Assembly (NCBI GenBank): GCA_951406725.2 | Contig: OX597825.1 | Span: forward strand, 65,720,001 to 65,784,000 | DNA length: 64,000 nt | DNA from: Octopus vulgaris | Lineage: Eukaryota | Direction of reading: 5' to 3' | Shown: positions 27,320-40,548 of the stretch, one piece after another | How the letters are laid out: each line of letters starts with the position of its first letter | Position numbering within the stretch: the first letter of the stretch is position 1 | Made by a program: the position numbers and the translations under genes | Notes under the pieces: model-generated | What the model saw: the letters and a program-made list of their open reading frames with translations, nothing else | Database searches by the model: none | Told to the model about the DNA's origin: nothing

Positions 27320-27740
27320 ACTCTTTTTTTTTTTTTACTCTTTTAGTTGTTTCAGTCATTTGACTGCGGCCATGTTGGAGCACCGCCTTTTAGTCGAGCA
27401 AATCGACCCCGGGACTTATTCTTTTGTAAGCCCAGTACTTATTCTATCGGTCTCTTTTGCCGAACCGCTAAGTGACGGGGACGTAAACACACCAGCATCG
27501 GTTGTCAAGCAATGCTAAGGGGGACAAACACAGACACACAAACATATACACACACATACATACATATATATATACATATATACGACAGGCTTCTTTCAGT
27601 TTCCGTCTACCAAATCCACTCACAAGGCTTTGGTCGGCCCGAGGCTATAGTAGAAGACACTTGCCCAAGATGCCACGCAGTGGGACTGAACCCAGAACCA
27701 TGTGGTTGCTAGGCAAGCTACTTACCACACAGCCACTCCC
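27320..27740 (-). mobile_element. Family-B SINE
   Basis: High identity to the other B copies. Confidence 0.9.
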
Positions 27741-27846
27741 AGTTAAATACATAAATACGTATACCAGAAAGTGATACTACAGCGGAATAAGACCACTGCT
27801 ATATGTAGATCTTAACTATGTCTATATATATATGTATAAATGTATT

Positions 27847-27994
27847 TGCGAGGTGGTGGGGTTTGCGGAAAAGTTCATGGCGTTAAGAGTATCGCTAAGG
27901 CCTGGCCCCGGAGTCCCTGCGTTCCGAGTTCTTTTACAGGGATCCTGTATTTTCTTTTACCCAAAAGCCAGGAACTTTTCAGCACCCCTTCGTA
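27847..27994 (-). mobile_element. Mariner-type MITE, shorter copy of 17903-18110
   Basis: Reverse complement matches both ends of the 17903 element; middle deleted; TIR ends ...CAGCACCCCTTCGTA. Confidence 0.7.
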
Positions 27995-28000
27995 TGTGTC

Positions 28001-28101
<101 letters not shown>

Positions 28102-29211
28102 GGTAAAGCGAGTTGCCACATCAAAGTGGATGGTGAATGTTACTACTAGTTTAACCCCAGGCAGATTCTCCGCCAGCTGGTTTTCGATGCAACATCCTGC
28201 ATCCATTATATATAATATATCGCTAGCAGGGGCAGCGGACCCCTACTAACCTCCATCAGCTAACAGAATCGTTGGGTTGATCCAGTATGAAGCTTGGTGG
28301 CTTTTCCTCAGCCGCACACACCTGCGCAATTGAGTGATAGCTAAGATCCGATTCTGCCAGCGATATTTTGTAAACAAAGTGACCAGTAAGATGATACATG
28401 TTGATTTCATTAGGTATTTCTGCTCATTTAGAAACGTACAATGAACAGGTCATTTCACAGACGCTAAACTATAAATTTCACAGGGTACAACCTTAAAGTT
28501 GACACCGCTCCATTAAACACAGAAAATCTGACTCGCTATTGGCTAAAATTTCACAGTCTTTTCGATTTTTAAATCTCTGTAACTTTTTCCTCCATTTTTT
28601 CTCCACAACATCATACTTCATAGCAATAAAACTGGAAAACTATATTATTATAGCCGATTTTCAGATTTCTCACTTCCTTTTAAAAAATACATATTTTGCG
28701 AATCTATTTGACTAGATCCGAAATTACCCCGCCTCCATGAGTCTATACAAGAGTTTTGTGTCTCGTTTATAAAAAAACCGCAAATTATTTAATGGTGCGT
28801 ACTAATGTCTATCAAACCCATAATAAATTGTTAGGTACACGGAGAACAGCGTCTATCAAAACAACGTTGTACATATTCATTATTAATACGTTCCGGAAGA
28901 TTCGAACGTGAATACGATAATCGCTGTTATATTTCCTCTTTGTAAGACGACGTCTAACTTCTTTCAGACAATGAATGTTCCCAACACATTTGATTCATTG
29001 AGATATGGTATGGAGATTTTGAGACATCAAAATGTTTCGACCTGGTTTCGATTATTGACCTAATTTATCCTCAATATTTTTAATGCTTTTCAATATAGGT
29101 TTCCCATTTTTACAAGATTGTATTTGCTATGACGACGGCTTGCTCCTACTATAAATATGAACCTGCAGTCTTCTGGCTCCTTTCGAAAGACACTTTCTTG
29201 CTCTCTTGCCA

Positions 29212-29650
29212 TAGGCGCAGGCGTGGCTGAGTGGTAAGAAGTTTAGTTCCCAGCTACATAGTTCTGTGTTCAGTCCCACTGCGTAACACTGCGGGAAAGA
29301 GTCTTCTACTATAAACTCAAGTCGACCAAGGCCTTGTGAGTGGATTTGATAGACAGAAACTGAAAGGAGCCCGTCATATATATGTGTGTCTGTGTGTGTA
29401 TGCATGCATATATTATGTAATTATTGCATATGTTTTTGCTTGTTTCCCCACCATCGCTTGAAACCGATGCTGGTGTGTTTATGCCTCCGTAACTCAGCGG
29501 TTCGGCCAAAGAGAGCGATAGAATAAGTACCAGGCTTACAAAGAGTAAGTCCAGTGGTCGATTTGTTCGACTAAAACCCTTCAAGGCGGTGCTCAAGCAC
29601 GGCTGCAGTCAAATGACCGAAACAAGTAAAATGATAAAAGAATAAAAGAA
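29212..29650 (+). mobile_element. Family-B SINE
   Basis: Head, internal microsatellite and tail all present. Confidence 0.88.
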
Positions 29651-30866
29651 TTTGAGTTTTAAAATTGCCGCCGCAGCACAATGCCTTCAAATATTTAACC
29701 TTTCAAATTCATTTTATATAAGAGCAATATTTAGCTCTTATATAAACTTTACGAAAATTGCTCTTATTTAAACTTTACGAAATTATTGTTCTTATAGAAA
29801 CTTTACGAAAATTCATTTTCTATATTGACCAATCTCGTCACGCTAAAAGTATTCTTCATAATCTCGCCCACACGGTGTCTGAGATTATTCCCCTTATCTT
29901 CTAGTGGAAATGAATCCAACACTGCTGCTCTTATGTAGAATGAAACCCTTAAGCTCAAAGGTTTTACTGATAGGATTAAATAATTAGGGCCTTTTGTACC
30001 TTCAAATAATAACCCTCAAATATATGAAAAGAAAATTACTTGGTTTAATCCTCTGTATTCGATTTCAGTTAGAAAACTTATAACGAACGTTTTTATCCTA
30101 TCAAAGCACTTCTTTTAATCAGAAAATCCAAAGCATCGTCAAAGAGAGCACAGCTAAATTCTGCTATTCTGCTGAACAAAATTTTGATAAAGTTGAGCTA
30201 TGCTATGCTAAAACCCACTTCTATCATTAACGTAACTACTACTGATGCTTTAAACAATGAATTTTAAATATTTTCATTGTGATCGTACGGAGAAAATCAT
30301 TATCGCTTCATTAAACAGATTTTTACGAGAATATGCGATGGCATCAGAATTCCAGAATATTTTAACTCTAGATTTATCACCATTTACCAAGATTAAAGGA
30401 AATTATTATACAGAAAAGATTTATTTCTCTACAGAAATGACAGAGAACTAGTATAACAGGCTACTGTTTATTTGTCTTTTACTGGACTTAGAATAATTTT
30501 TTGGAAAACAAATTTATCAAACTATTGTTATAATTCACTAAATCCACAGTGTTTATATCTACGTGTGGATGCGTGTGTGTACACACAGTACACACAGTGC
30601 ACACAAGCAGTTGTCCAGAGGCTTCATGCGTCTAGGGGTCCAGTTCTCATCTATCTGATGTGTCTTCCTATCAATATCATACCATAGGGCCTTGTGCACT
30701 GATTTGCCCATGGCCTTTGATGCCGCCGAGACGGTTCTGTGTACATACTTATAGACTTATAGTTTTTATAGGTATACACATACACGCATATATATACGTA
30801 TTTATAAAATATATATATGTAAATATATAACAAAGTGGAGTTGTAGGGTACCGCACGAGTGGAATT

Positions 30867-31447
30867 ATATACGAAAGGAGGTTTGAAAATGCAATTTTAA
30901 AAGATGTTTATTTACTTTACCGGTTTCATTCTTTGGCAAAAGATTGTCAAAAGTAACATGTAAAAGTTTTGTTGTGTTAATTATTGGTTGTTACAAAATG
31001 CTACATTACATATATACAGTCTTTGGTAACAAGGACATGTTAAAGACATAAGAAAGTTTAACAAGTTCCTTAAAATATTGGGCACAAAAGATTACAACAT
31101 AAATATACATTCTCAAGAAAATGTTAAAGATAGTTTCCAGAAGGAATTATTAAAAAGTTCAGTGGGATATTGGTATACACGCACAGAATATTATGAATTC
31201 AAAAATGTTTACATTATAATAGTAGCGAAGCTTAAACTGACCTGTCCACCATGTTAACGTCCTTAACAAGTTCTTGTTACCAAAGACTGTATATATGTAA
31301 TGTAGCATTTTGTAACAACCAATAATTAACACAACCAAACTTTTACATGTTACTTTTGACACTTACTTTTGACAATCTTTTTCCAAAGAGTGAAACCGGT
31401 AAAGTAAATAAACATCTTTTAAAATTGCATTTTCAAACCTTCTTTCG

Positions 31448-31452
<5 letters not shown>
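30867..31452. mobile_element. Long inverted repeat (~180-bp arms, ~210-bp spacer) between (TA)n arrays; Penelope inverted-LTR-like
   Basis: 30867-31048 is the reverse complement of ~31258-31452, with few mismatches and a 12-bp duplication in the right arm. Each arm has a degenerate hammerhead fold. Confidence 0.8.
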
Positions 31453-31488
<36 letters not shown>

Positions 31489-31522
31489 TATATATATAAT
31501 AGATAGATAGATAATAGATAGG

Positions 31523-31576
<54 letters not shown>

Positions 31577-32943
31577 TATAGATAGATATATATATATACA
31601 TATATATACACACACAGAGACACACACTCACGTATTTGTGTACGTATGTATGTATTTAATTCTTTCCATTAATTACTATACACAATTAATTGAAAACATG
31701 TCTTGTCACTTCGCTTCACTTTTCATCCCCTGTTTTTTTTTTATTTCATACTAGAGCTTCAACTCACGTTTTTCTAAGTTTCAAAATTCATCAGCCATCT
31801 CTCTCTTTCTGCTTCTATCTTTCTGTTTCCACAACGTCTTAAGCATTCGAATTTCTTTTGAAATTCCTTAGTAATTCTTTGGAAATTCTATATTCGCTTC
31901 TTATAAAGTCTTCTCACTATCAATATAAACTTCGTTATCTACTCCCTAGTCGTAGACTAAACCTTAACTTGAAAAATTATGGCTGTTAAACGTATTTGCC
32001 TCCACAATGCGAGAGCTTTTCAACTGTCAAGAACATTTCTAATCAGATTTTTGGAGTTTATCTCCAACATTTTGTGCTAATCAGGTAGCTATAAGATCTT
32101 TTTTATTCTTTGTTCTTTTGCGTAAAGATTTTATTTTAGATGTGTTCTCTGAGTTTTCTTTAACTTTCCTATGGTTTATTTATCTGCCATTAATCAATTT
32201 GTTTCTTGATTTACAGTTTAACCTTTTCGGTAACAAATATACCTGAGACATACTCTGGTTCCCTGATACAAATTGCTCGAAATTAAAACTTTCCGTTAAT
32301 ACATCTTCCAAGCATCAACTTAATAATGACTAAATCATCTTTTTTTTTGTTTTTTGATGCTTTCATTATTTCAAAGTTTATCGAAACAAAAGCAATGTAT
32401 TTCAACAGGAATATTGGAACAAAAACACTAAATTACTGGTCGCTCTTTCTCTTTATAACAGTACACAAGAGCATCACCCATCATATGATGGTAACTTTAG
32501 AAGTATACTTCTGTCAGTGTGGCCAATATCAGTATCAGGTAGTATGGTATACATATAATTAATATTGTTCAAATTTTATCGTACTTTTTAGTGCTAATGC
32601 AAAATGATGAAATCAATACTAATTTTACGTTAACTCTCTTCGTAATTCCTTCACTCTCTCTTTTTCTCTATTTTATCCTTATATATATAATAATAATAAT
32701 CATAATAATAATAATAGGGAGTATAACTCCAAACTTACAAGGAAAAATTCAATTTAGTATTAAATCAAATTTCACAATATAAATATATAATATATAATTT
32801 AGAGAAAAACCACTATTATGTAATTCAAACAATGATAGACATAAACCAAATCATAAAGAAAAAAATCAAATATATTATAAAACATATAACTAGATCACAA
32901 AAAGTACAAAACAATGAATAAACAATATATAATAATATATACT

Positions 32944-32985
<42 letters not shown>

Positions 32986-33157
32986 GACCACACAAAGACA
33001 ATGTATATGTATATTCAGAAACGATGGACATCGATGCTTCAATACTTATGTGGTTTATCAACATTACGCACCTGAACAGAACTAGAGGTGAACTGATTCA
33101 CTAGCCCATAACAATATACAAATACTTTAAAAACCATTTGCTGATATGCCCCGACTA

Positions 33158-33228
<71 letters not shown>

Positions 33229-33504
33229 GTGTGAGTGTGTGTGTGTTCGAGCTTGTTTATCCCTTCTAATTCATATTTGAATATAAAATCTTGGGATTCT
33301 ACATACAGTCATAGACGGTGATTTAGCTTGCATTGGACCCCGTTTGGGTACGCAGTATTGACAAGTCACAAAAATAACGAAATATCGATGACCATCGCTC
33401 CTCAAAAGGAAGCGCATTGATCAGAATATATGAATATATTCTCTTACGTCTGAGAGCACAGCCTACATAGAAATTAGAAAAACATACCTTGTGTGTGTAT
33501 ATTG

Positions 33505-33573
<69 letters not shown>

Positions 33574-33582
33574 TACATATAT

Positions 33583-33789
33583 AGTTAATCCAAACATGAA
33601 AACACAAAGAGAAAACACAACAACGTGAGGACGTGGGATAAGTATATTTTTATTTGACGCTCAGGAAAGGAAAGAAAGAAGGAGGATTAAATGTTTCGAG
33701 CGGAGCTCTTCGTCAGAAATATAGAAAAAGGAAAGATCCAAGGAAGGGAAGGCGCAGGAAAAAAATCGCCAACGATACACACGCGGTCG
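33583..33789 (-). mobile_element. Short microsatellite-flanked element with hammerhead core
   Basis: Contains UUU-CUGACGA-A-GAGC(UCC)GCUC-GAAAC (33687-33719) and shares a CGCTCAGG motif with 43991-44202. Confidence 0.7.
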
Positions 33790-34226
33790 AGAGAGAGAGA
33801 TCGAGATAGGCAATTATGTAAATGAATTAGATACATCAAATATATTAAATATATTAGTTTGTATATTAAATGCCAAATATGTATGTGTGTACACATACAA
33901 AAACGAGAGAAAGCAAAAGGTGGAGACCTTCAGAAGATGAAATTTTAAATATAAGTATATAAACATATAAATATTTATTTTAGTAGGTCCAATGTACACA
34001 GAGTACAAACAATTGTAAAAAATTAAAGGGGCCATATGGATGCAATTAACATTGGATATGACGAGTCTCCGTCATTAGAGTAGAGAAGATCTTACATTTC
34101 AGATCTTAATACAGAGGAATTCAAACATGGAATCTTTGTAAAGTCATCTGAGTTTGAGTTTCCATTTCTTGTATCACCAGGTGTCTTCTATACGGACACT
34201 CTCTGGATATATATATAGGACTAATA

Positions 34227-34548
34227 AGACTCCGCCGGTTACGACGACGAGGGTCCCAGCTGATACGATCAACGGAACAGCTTGCTCGTGAAATTAACGT
34301 GCAAATGGCTGAGCATTCCACAGACACGTGTACCCTTAACGTAGTTCTCGGGGATAATCAGCGTGACACAGAGAGTGACAAGGCTGACCCTTTGAAATAC
34401 AAGTACAACTCATTTTTGCCAGCTGAGTGGACTGGAGCAACGTGAAATAAAGTGTCTTGCTCAAGGACACAACGCGTCGCCGGGAATCGAACTCACAACC
34501 TTACGATCATGAGCCGAATGCCCTAACCACTTAGCCACGCGCCCTCAC
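34227..34548 (-). mobile_element. SINE: head D (CORE-like) + 3' module X
   Basis: 5' half matches 14515; 3' half matches 24694. TSD-like GGATATATATATA on both sides. Confidence 0.88.
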
Positions 34549-34568
34549 GGATATATATATATATATAC

Positions 34569-34793
34569 AAGGCGTCGAACTGGTAGAAACGTTAGTTCGC
34601 AGGGCGAAATGCTTAGCGGTATTTCGTCAACCGCTACGTTCTGAGTTCAAATTCCGCCGAGGTCGACTTTGCCTTTCGGGTTTGATAAATAAAGTACCAG
34701 TCTCGCACTGGGGTCGATGTAATCGACTTAATCCGTTTGTCTGTCCTTGTGTTGTCCCCTCTATGTTTAGCCTCTTGTGGGCAGTAAAGAAAT
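34569..34793 (+). mobile_element. Family-A1 SINE
   Basis: Consensus head, B box, body and AAAGAAATA tail. Confidence 0.9.
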
Positions 34794-34874
34794 ATATATA
34801 TATATATATATATATAATTAGTGATTGGAAGAAATGGAGTTGAACGAAGATTGCACAGAATTCCTTTTATTACA

Positions 34875-34954
34875 TTCTACACATGTTTCAAAGGCCACAA
34901 TTTTCCAAATTCTGATTAAATAAGGATACCATATTGCAGCTTTCTCTTCAGGAA
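34875..34954 (-). ncRNA. Type-I hammerhead ribozyme-like motif with long stem II, in a ~155-bp island between (TA)n arrays
   Basis: UUC-CUGAAGA-GAAAGCUGCAAU...AUUGUGGCCUUU-GAAAC-AUGU-GUA-GAA. Canonical core, ~12-bp stem II with G-U pairs, 3-bp stem I. Confidence 0.65.
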
Positions 34955-35010
34955 AAACCAGGAATTACGTTGTATATATATATATATACATATATAGATA
35001 GATAAATAGT

Positions 35011-35082
<72 letters not shown>

Positions 35083-35433
35083 GATAGATATGTAAAACGC
35101 TACAAAGCTTGACTGGAGAAATAAACCAACCAGCCAACCAACATATGTATAGGTCATTATTAAATAGATAACCTTCCAACACTTCATAATTTATGGATTT
35201 GAAGCTCCCAACTATATTTATTCATGAACTCCAAATCTTTGAATATTTTTCCTTCATAAATTTTAACGAGCCTTTTACTTTTAATCTTGCTAGTTATTAT
35301 TAATTTTTTCTGATATTGACTTAATGTCAAGCATTTCCCTTCTGTCCTTCTGTACAAAGTTCCTAACATAATTTTGTTCGTATGCTATTGAAGTGTCTTT
35401 TTAATACTGTAAATCTAAGATTAATAATTAAAT

Positions 35434-35509
<76 letters not shown>

Positions 35510-35524
35510 GTACATATATATATT

Positions 35525-35578
<54 letters not shown>

Positions 35579-35769
35579 AAGTCGTATAAATGTACGTGTG
35601 TGTGTGAAGAAGAGTATGCTTTGAGAAATTTATCACCGAAAAAATTAAAATAGTATTCTTACTTTTTTTCCCTGATAAAATTCTCAACGCATTTTCTTTT
35701 TAGTTATTCAATATAAAATTCTTCGTATGAAACCTCATAACTTTACACTTAATGCATGCATACATGCAT

Positions 35770-35997
35770 GAAGCAACTGGCAAATGGGAATAGAAAAAAA
35801 ATCAAGGAGTAAATCAATATTATTAGTTTGGTACTGAAGAGGAAAAAGGGGAGAGATTAATACTTATTACGTTTCGGAAATAGTTGTTCTTCAGATACTA
35901 GAGAAGAATCCGGAAGAAACTGGAAAGAGGAGGACATGAGAGGAGATAATACATGGAGAACCAGGAGAAAAACGCATGTAGAACCGGGTCATGTGTT

Positions 35998-35998
<1 letters not shown>
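35770..35998 (-). mobile_element. Penelope-LTR-like segment with degenerate hammerhead
   Basis: UAU-CUGAAGA-...-CGAAAC-GUA-AUA at 35865-35898; same strand as, and downstream of, the GIY-YIG relic. Confidence 0.5.
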
Positions 35999-36090
<92 letters not shown>

Positions 36091-36519
36091 TATATATATA
36101 TATATATATATTCAGTCTGGTAATATTTTCAGTAATCGTTATAGCCCTCGAACAGTTAAGAGAGCAAACATATTATTAACCTTGTGAAATACAGCTAGCT
36201 GAGGCTTCCTGGCCGAAATAATAATTTACTTCTCCATTTATCAAGCTGTTAAAAGCAAGAGGACGATATAAATACTGCGTTCGATGCACTCGACGTTTGA
36301 ATGAACTCATGTATTTAGAAAAAAGAGAGAAAAACTTAGACGAGATAATTAACCTCACAGTATGTAATACCAATGCCTTACGAGTATCACAATTATCTAA
36401 GCCAACACTAAAATGGTTGATGAGGGGTCCGGTGGTTTATTCTTAATTTCCACTAAGATGTTTTATTATAAATTCTGACATAAAGAAAAAAATTGCTCCT
36501 TGCCTTTATACAGACACTA

Positions 36520-36872
36520 GAGGTCCTTAAGTTTTTGTAAATATACCATTTTTCAATCGAGTATATGGAACCTCTTTTGGGCCCGTTAATATAACGTTTG
36601 GTCTTAGAAATGATTTTCCATTTGATACTGTTGCTAACGGTCTCGTCTATAAGTTTTCAGATTAATGGTGAGAAGGTTGTTGCATCTCTCTTCTCAGCGT
36701 GTCTAGTCTAAACGTTAAAAGATGTTTGGCTTGCTGGATCTGGATATAATGTTTCCCTCCACAGATCTAATATAACGCTTGGTTTTTGTCTGACTGTCGC
36801 CATAGTTTGCTGTTACTCGTGATTCCTAATCAATGGAGGATATATCCCCATACCTGCCCAAGAGGACACTTA
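36520..36872 (-). pseudogene. Penelope-like element GIY-YIG endonuclease relic
   Basis: Disrupted translation KCPLG...KRYIRSVEG...RDATTFSPLI*KLIDETVSNSIKWKIISKTKRYINGPKR resembles the PLE endonuclease pattern YIG.TE...T.LS..IW.LK.....I.W.I..K...Y..G.K.C. Confidence 0.7.
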
Positions 36873-36879
36873 TATACAT

Positions 36880-37197
<318 letters not shown>

Positions 37198-38059
37198 TAT
37201 ATACATATATATATATATATATATATGTACATATATACATATGTATGTATATGTATAAACGTATATATAAATATATACGTATATGTGTATGTATACACAT
37301 ACACACACATTTCTAATAATGCATAATTCTTTCTTCATCTCAAGACTGACCGTTTTCTTGCAAACAAAAAATAGCAACATTCACCTTTTTTTTGGTAGTC
37401 TGCATCTCCTCATCTCTTCATCTCCAATTTCTTTTCCTTTCTCGTTTCAAGAGAAATTTCCACATCTCATTTCTTCCTCTCGCTTCACTCGGTGGGGTGG
37501 AAAGGCGGCGGGAAAGTGACCAGTAGAGACTCCTAGTGAGGGGGTGTCCTTATTAATATCCAAGGGATCGATAAACCCCTAAATCGATTTTGCTGAATTA
37601 TCAGCAAGCTTAATCTGGAAGAGCTCCGTAATTTATGGTTAAAACATACTAATTTCTAACCAAATGTCGATGCAATTACTAGTTTTCACCAAATGCGTTT
37701 TTCACATTAAATATTCCAATTATATCGATATAATATGATTCAATTTGTATTATTCTTTATCAGTTACGTTAAGTATTTTCATGAAGCTTCTTTAAAAATA
37801 TTTCTTATTAAAAACCAATGACACAGATGGACGAATGAATTATTGCTTTTAATTCAATAATATTTTTTTTAATTATGCTGTTAAAATAAAATTATTTTAA
37901 ATTCGAAATTTAAATGATGAGAGTCGATAAGTTATCAACGATTCCATGAAGGACACGATGATATAAGGATTCTTCTTATATCGGTTCTCACCACGCCACT
38001 TACTTTTAGAAGTTACAAAATTTATCAATTTATTTCATGCCTATATAAGCGTTTTGCTT

Positions 38060-38301
38060 TCTCTCTAGTTTCAGCTCAGAGCTGCAGCCATACTGATGCA
38101 CCGCCTTTTTGCTACACTGTTATTACTAAAAGCCTCCTCTAATATGTGGCACTTGGTGAAGAATGGTGTTTGATATAGTTACCCTCATTTGCACCTTTTG
38201 CCGTGAGGTAGGTTCATCTGAGACTCGACAGGAAGAGGTCCAGCTTTGATTTTAAAAACCCTACATCTATTTTGTGCAAGTTCCTCAGACTCTTTGGGAG
38301 T
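38060..38301 (-). mobile_element. 3' end of a CR1-like LINE
   Basis: Frameshifted LPKSLRNLHKIDVGF.K.KLDLFLSS..DEPTSRQKVQMR..SN.ILHQ, then a 3' tail GGCGGTGCATCAGTATGGCTGCAGCTCTGAGCTGAAAC. Confidence 0.75.
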
Positions 38302-38590
38302 GGATTTGGTAGGAAACTGAAAGAAGCCCGTCGTATAAATGTATATATATATATATATATACATGCGTGTATGTATATGTTTGTGTGTCTGTGTTTGTCC
38401 CCCTAACATCGCTTGACAACCGATGCTGGTGTGTTTACGTCCCCGTAACTTAGCGGTTCGGCAAAAGAAACCGATAGAATAAGTACTAGGCTTACAAAGA
38501 ATAAGTCCTAGGGTCAATTTGCTCGACTAAAGGTGGTACTCCAGCATGGCCACAGTCACATGACTGAAACAAGTAAAAGAGTAAAAGAGT
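38298..38590 (+). mobile_element. Family-B SINE, 5'-truncated
   Basis: Body and tail match B; fused to the LINE fragment. Confidence 0.88.
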
Positions 38591-38754
38591 ATGGGGGATG
38601 TAATAGAAGTAATGTAATCCAGAAAAAAAAAACAACATAAGGAATGACACATTTTGTACTTGTTTGATTATCAAAATGACCTAGGTGGCAGCCTCGTGAG
38701 CCCGTAACCCAACGGTGCGAAGACATGAATGCTGATATCTAAAACATAGCAAAG

Positions 38755-38978
38755 GCGAAGAGCAGGCAGAAGCGTTAGCGTGCCAGGAAAAATTCTTAGC
38801 GGCATTCCTTCCGTTTTCACGCTCTAAGCTCAAAATGCCGCCCGGGTCGACTTTGCCTATCAACCTATCGAGGTCGATAGAATAAAGTACCAGTTGAACA
38901 CTGGGGGGGGGGGGGCGATGTAATCGACTTACCCAACCCCAAAATTGCTGGCCTAGTGCCAAAATTTGAAACCGATAT
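38755..38978 (+). mobile_element. Family-A2 SINE
   Basis: Diverged head and body; tail GCTGGCCTAGTGCCAAAATTTGAAACC. Confidence 0.8.
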
Positions 38979-39164
38979 TTAATACATTGCAACGGAGTTA
39001 TCTGCAAATATACAAACCATATACCTACAAGGTTGGGTACAAATTATATTATGAAAAAGAAATTTATACCGGTTTAAGGGGTTACCAACTAACGGAGGTG
39101 CACCAAGGCTCAAGTATCCTAATGGCCAGAGACAATGACACCGATAGGAATCTTTGCTTGGTTC

Positions 39165-39597
39165 GTTTACTCTTTCCTTTGTTTCAGTCATCACACTGCG
39201 GCCATGCTGGGGCACCGCCCTGGATAATTTTACTCGAAAGAATCGACCTCAGTACTCATTATTTTTTAAAGCCTGGTACTTATTTTATTGGGTTCTTTTG
39301 CCGAACCATTAAGTTACGGAGGCTCAAACACCGATACTGGTGGTGGGGCACAAACACAGACATGAACACAAACACACACACACGCGCGCATGCGTACGCA
39401 CGCAACTCTAACACACACACACACACACATATATCCAATAGGCTTCTTTCAGTTTCCGTCTACCAAATCCACTCAGAAGGCTTTAGACGGCCCGAGGTTA
39501 TAGCTGAAGACGCTCACCCAACATGCCACGCAGTGGGTGTGAACCCGGAACCATATGGTTGGGAAGCCAACTTCTTACCACATAGCCACGCCTGCGC
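39165..39597 (-). mobile_element. Family-B SINE (source of the 245-aa ORF)
   Basis: Matches the B consensus antisense. Confidence 0.85.
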
Positions 39598-40548
39598 GTA
39601 TTCTAATACATACAACACTCATTCACAACACTTTTTTCTAATTAGACCCAATTCTTGGTTTATCTTCAATCTGACCGTTTTCTTAAGAGAAAATATCGGT
39701 TAGACAGAAAAACACCCCTTTCTTATAGTCCATATCTCTTCTTGTATTCTTACTTTTCTTAGTCATTCGACTGCGGCCATGCTGGAGTACCGATGTGAAT
39801 AGTTCAATCAAAGCGTTAAACGTTAGCACTTACTATTTAAAGTTCGATACTTATTCTATCCTATTTACCAAACTGTTAGGCATTTGAACATATCTGGAGT
39901 TAATTCGTCTACTTAAACTTTTCGTATTCCCTGTTTACTCTACCAGCATATATGATGTAGTCCTTGTTACTATTTTTCTCTATGTTCAGACACAACGAGT
40001 GTTGAACAATGAGCTTTTTCACTGAAAATCGTACACAATATATCTATTGTGTCATTAAACTTTACGTCAAACGATTATTCTTGGGAGTACATAATTACTA
40101 TATCGTTCATGTTCTGTTGGCGCCAGTTTTCTCAAGATTAAGCGCGTTTTCATCTCGTCGACCCAATCTTTAGATTATTTCTCGAAGATTTGCTCATATC
40201 TTCTGTAATATGCTTCGAAGGTCACTGAATTCGCAACATAGTCTGGCAAAAACACTTTAATATAGTTGCTTTAATATAAATTGTTGTTGTTGCTTCTTTT
40301 GTTGTTCCTGCAGTTGTATTTGCTGTTGTCGTTCTTTCAACTGTTGTTGTTATTGTTTTTGCAACTCAAGTAAACCGGCCAACAATTCTTTCATAATTTT
40401 AAGATTTTTCTTAAAATTTACTCAACAAACGCTTTGTGAGTTTCTTAACTCCTCTACGAGTTCCTTTTTACGCACCGTGAATTTGTTTATTCGCTTCGCC
40501 ACTGTTATGTCTGTCTTTGTACGACAGATATTGTCATATACCGAAGTT

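Noticed and set aside
38966-39703. 245-aa ORF
   Set aside because: Mostly an antisense family-B SINE; the same peptide recurs at other SINE copies.
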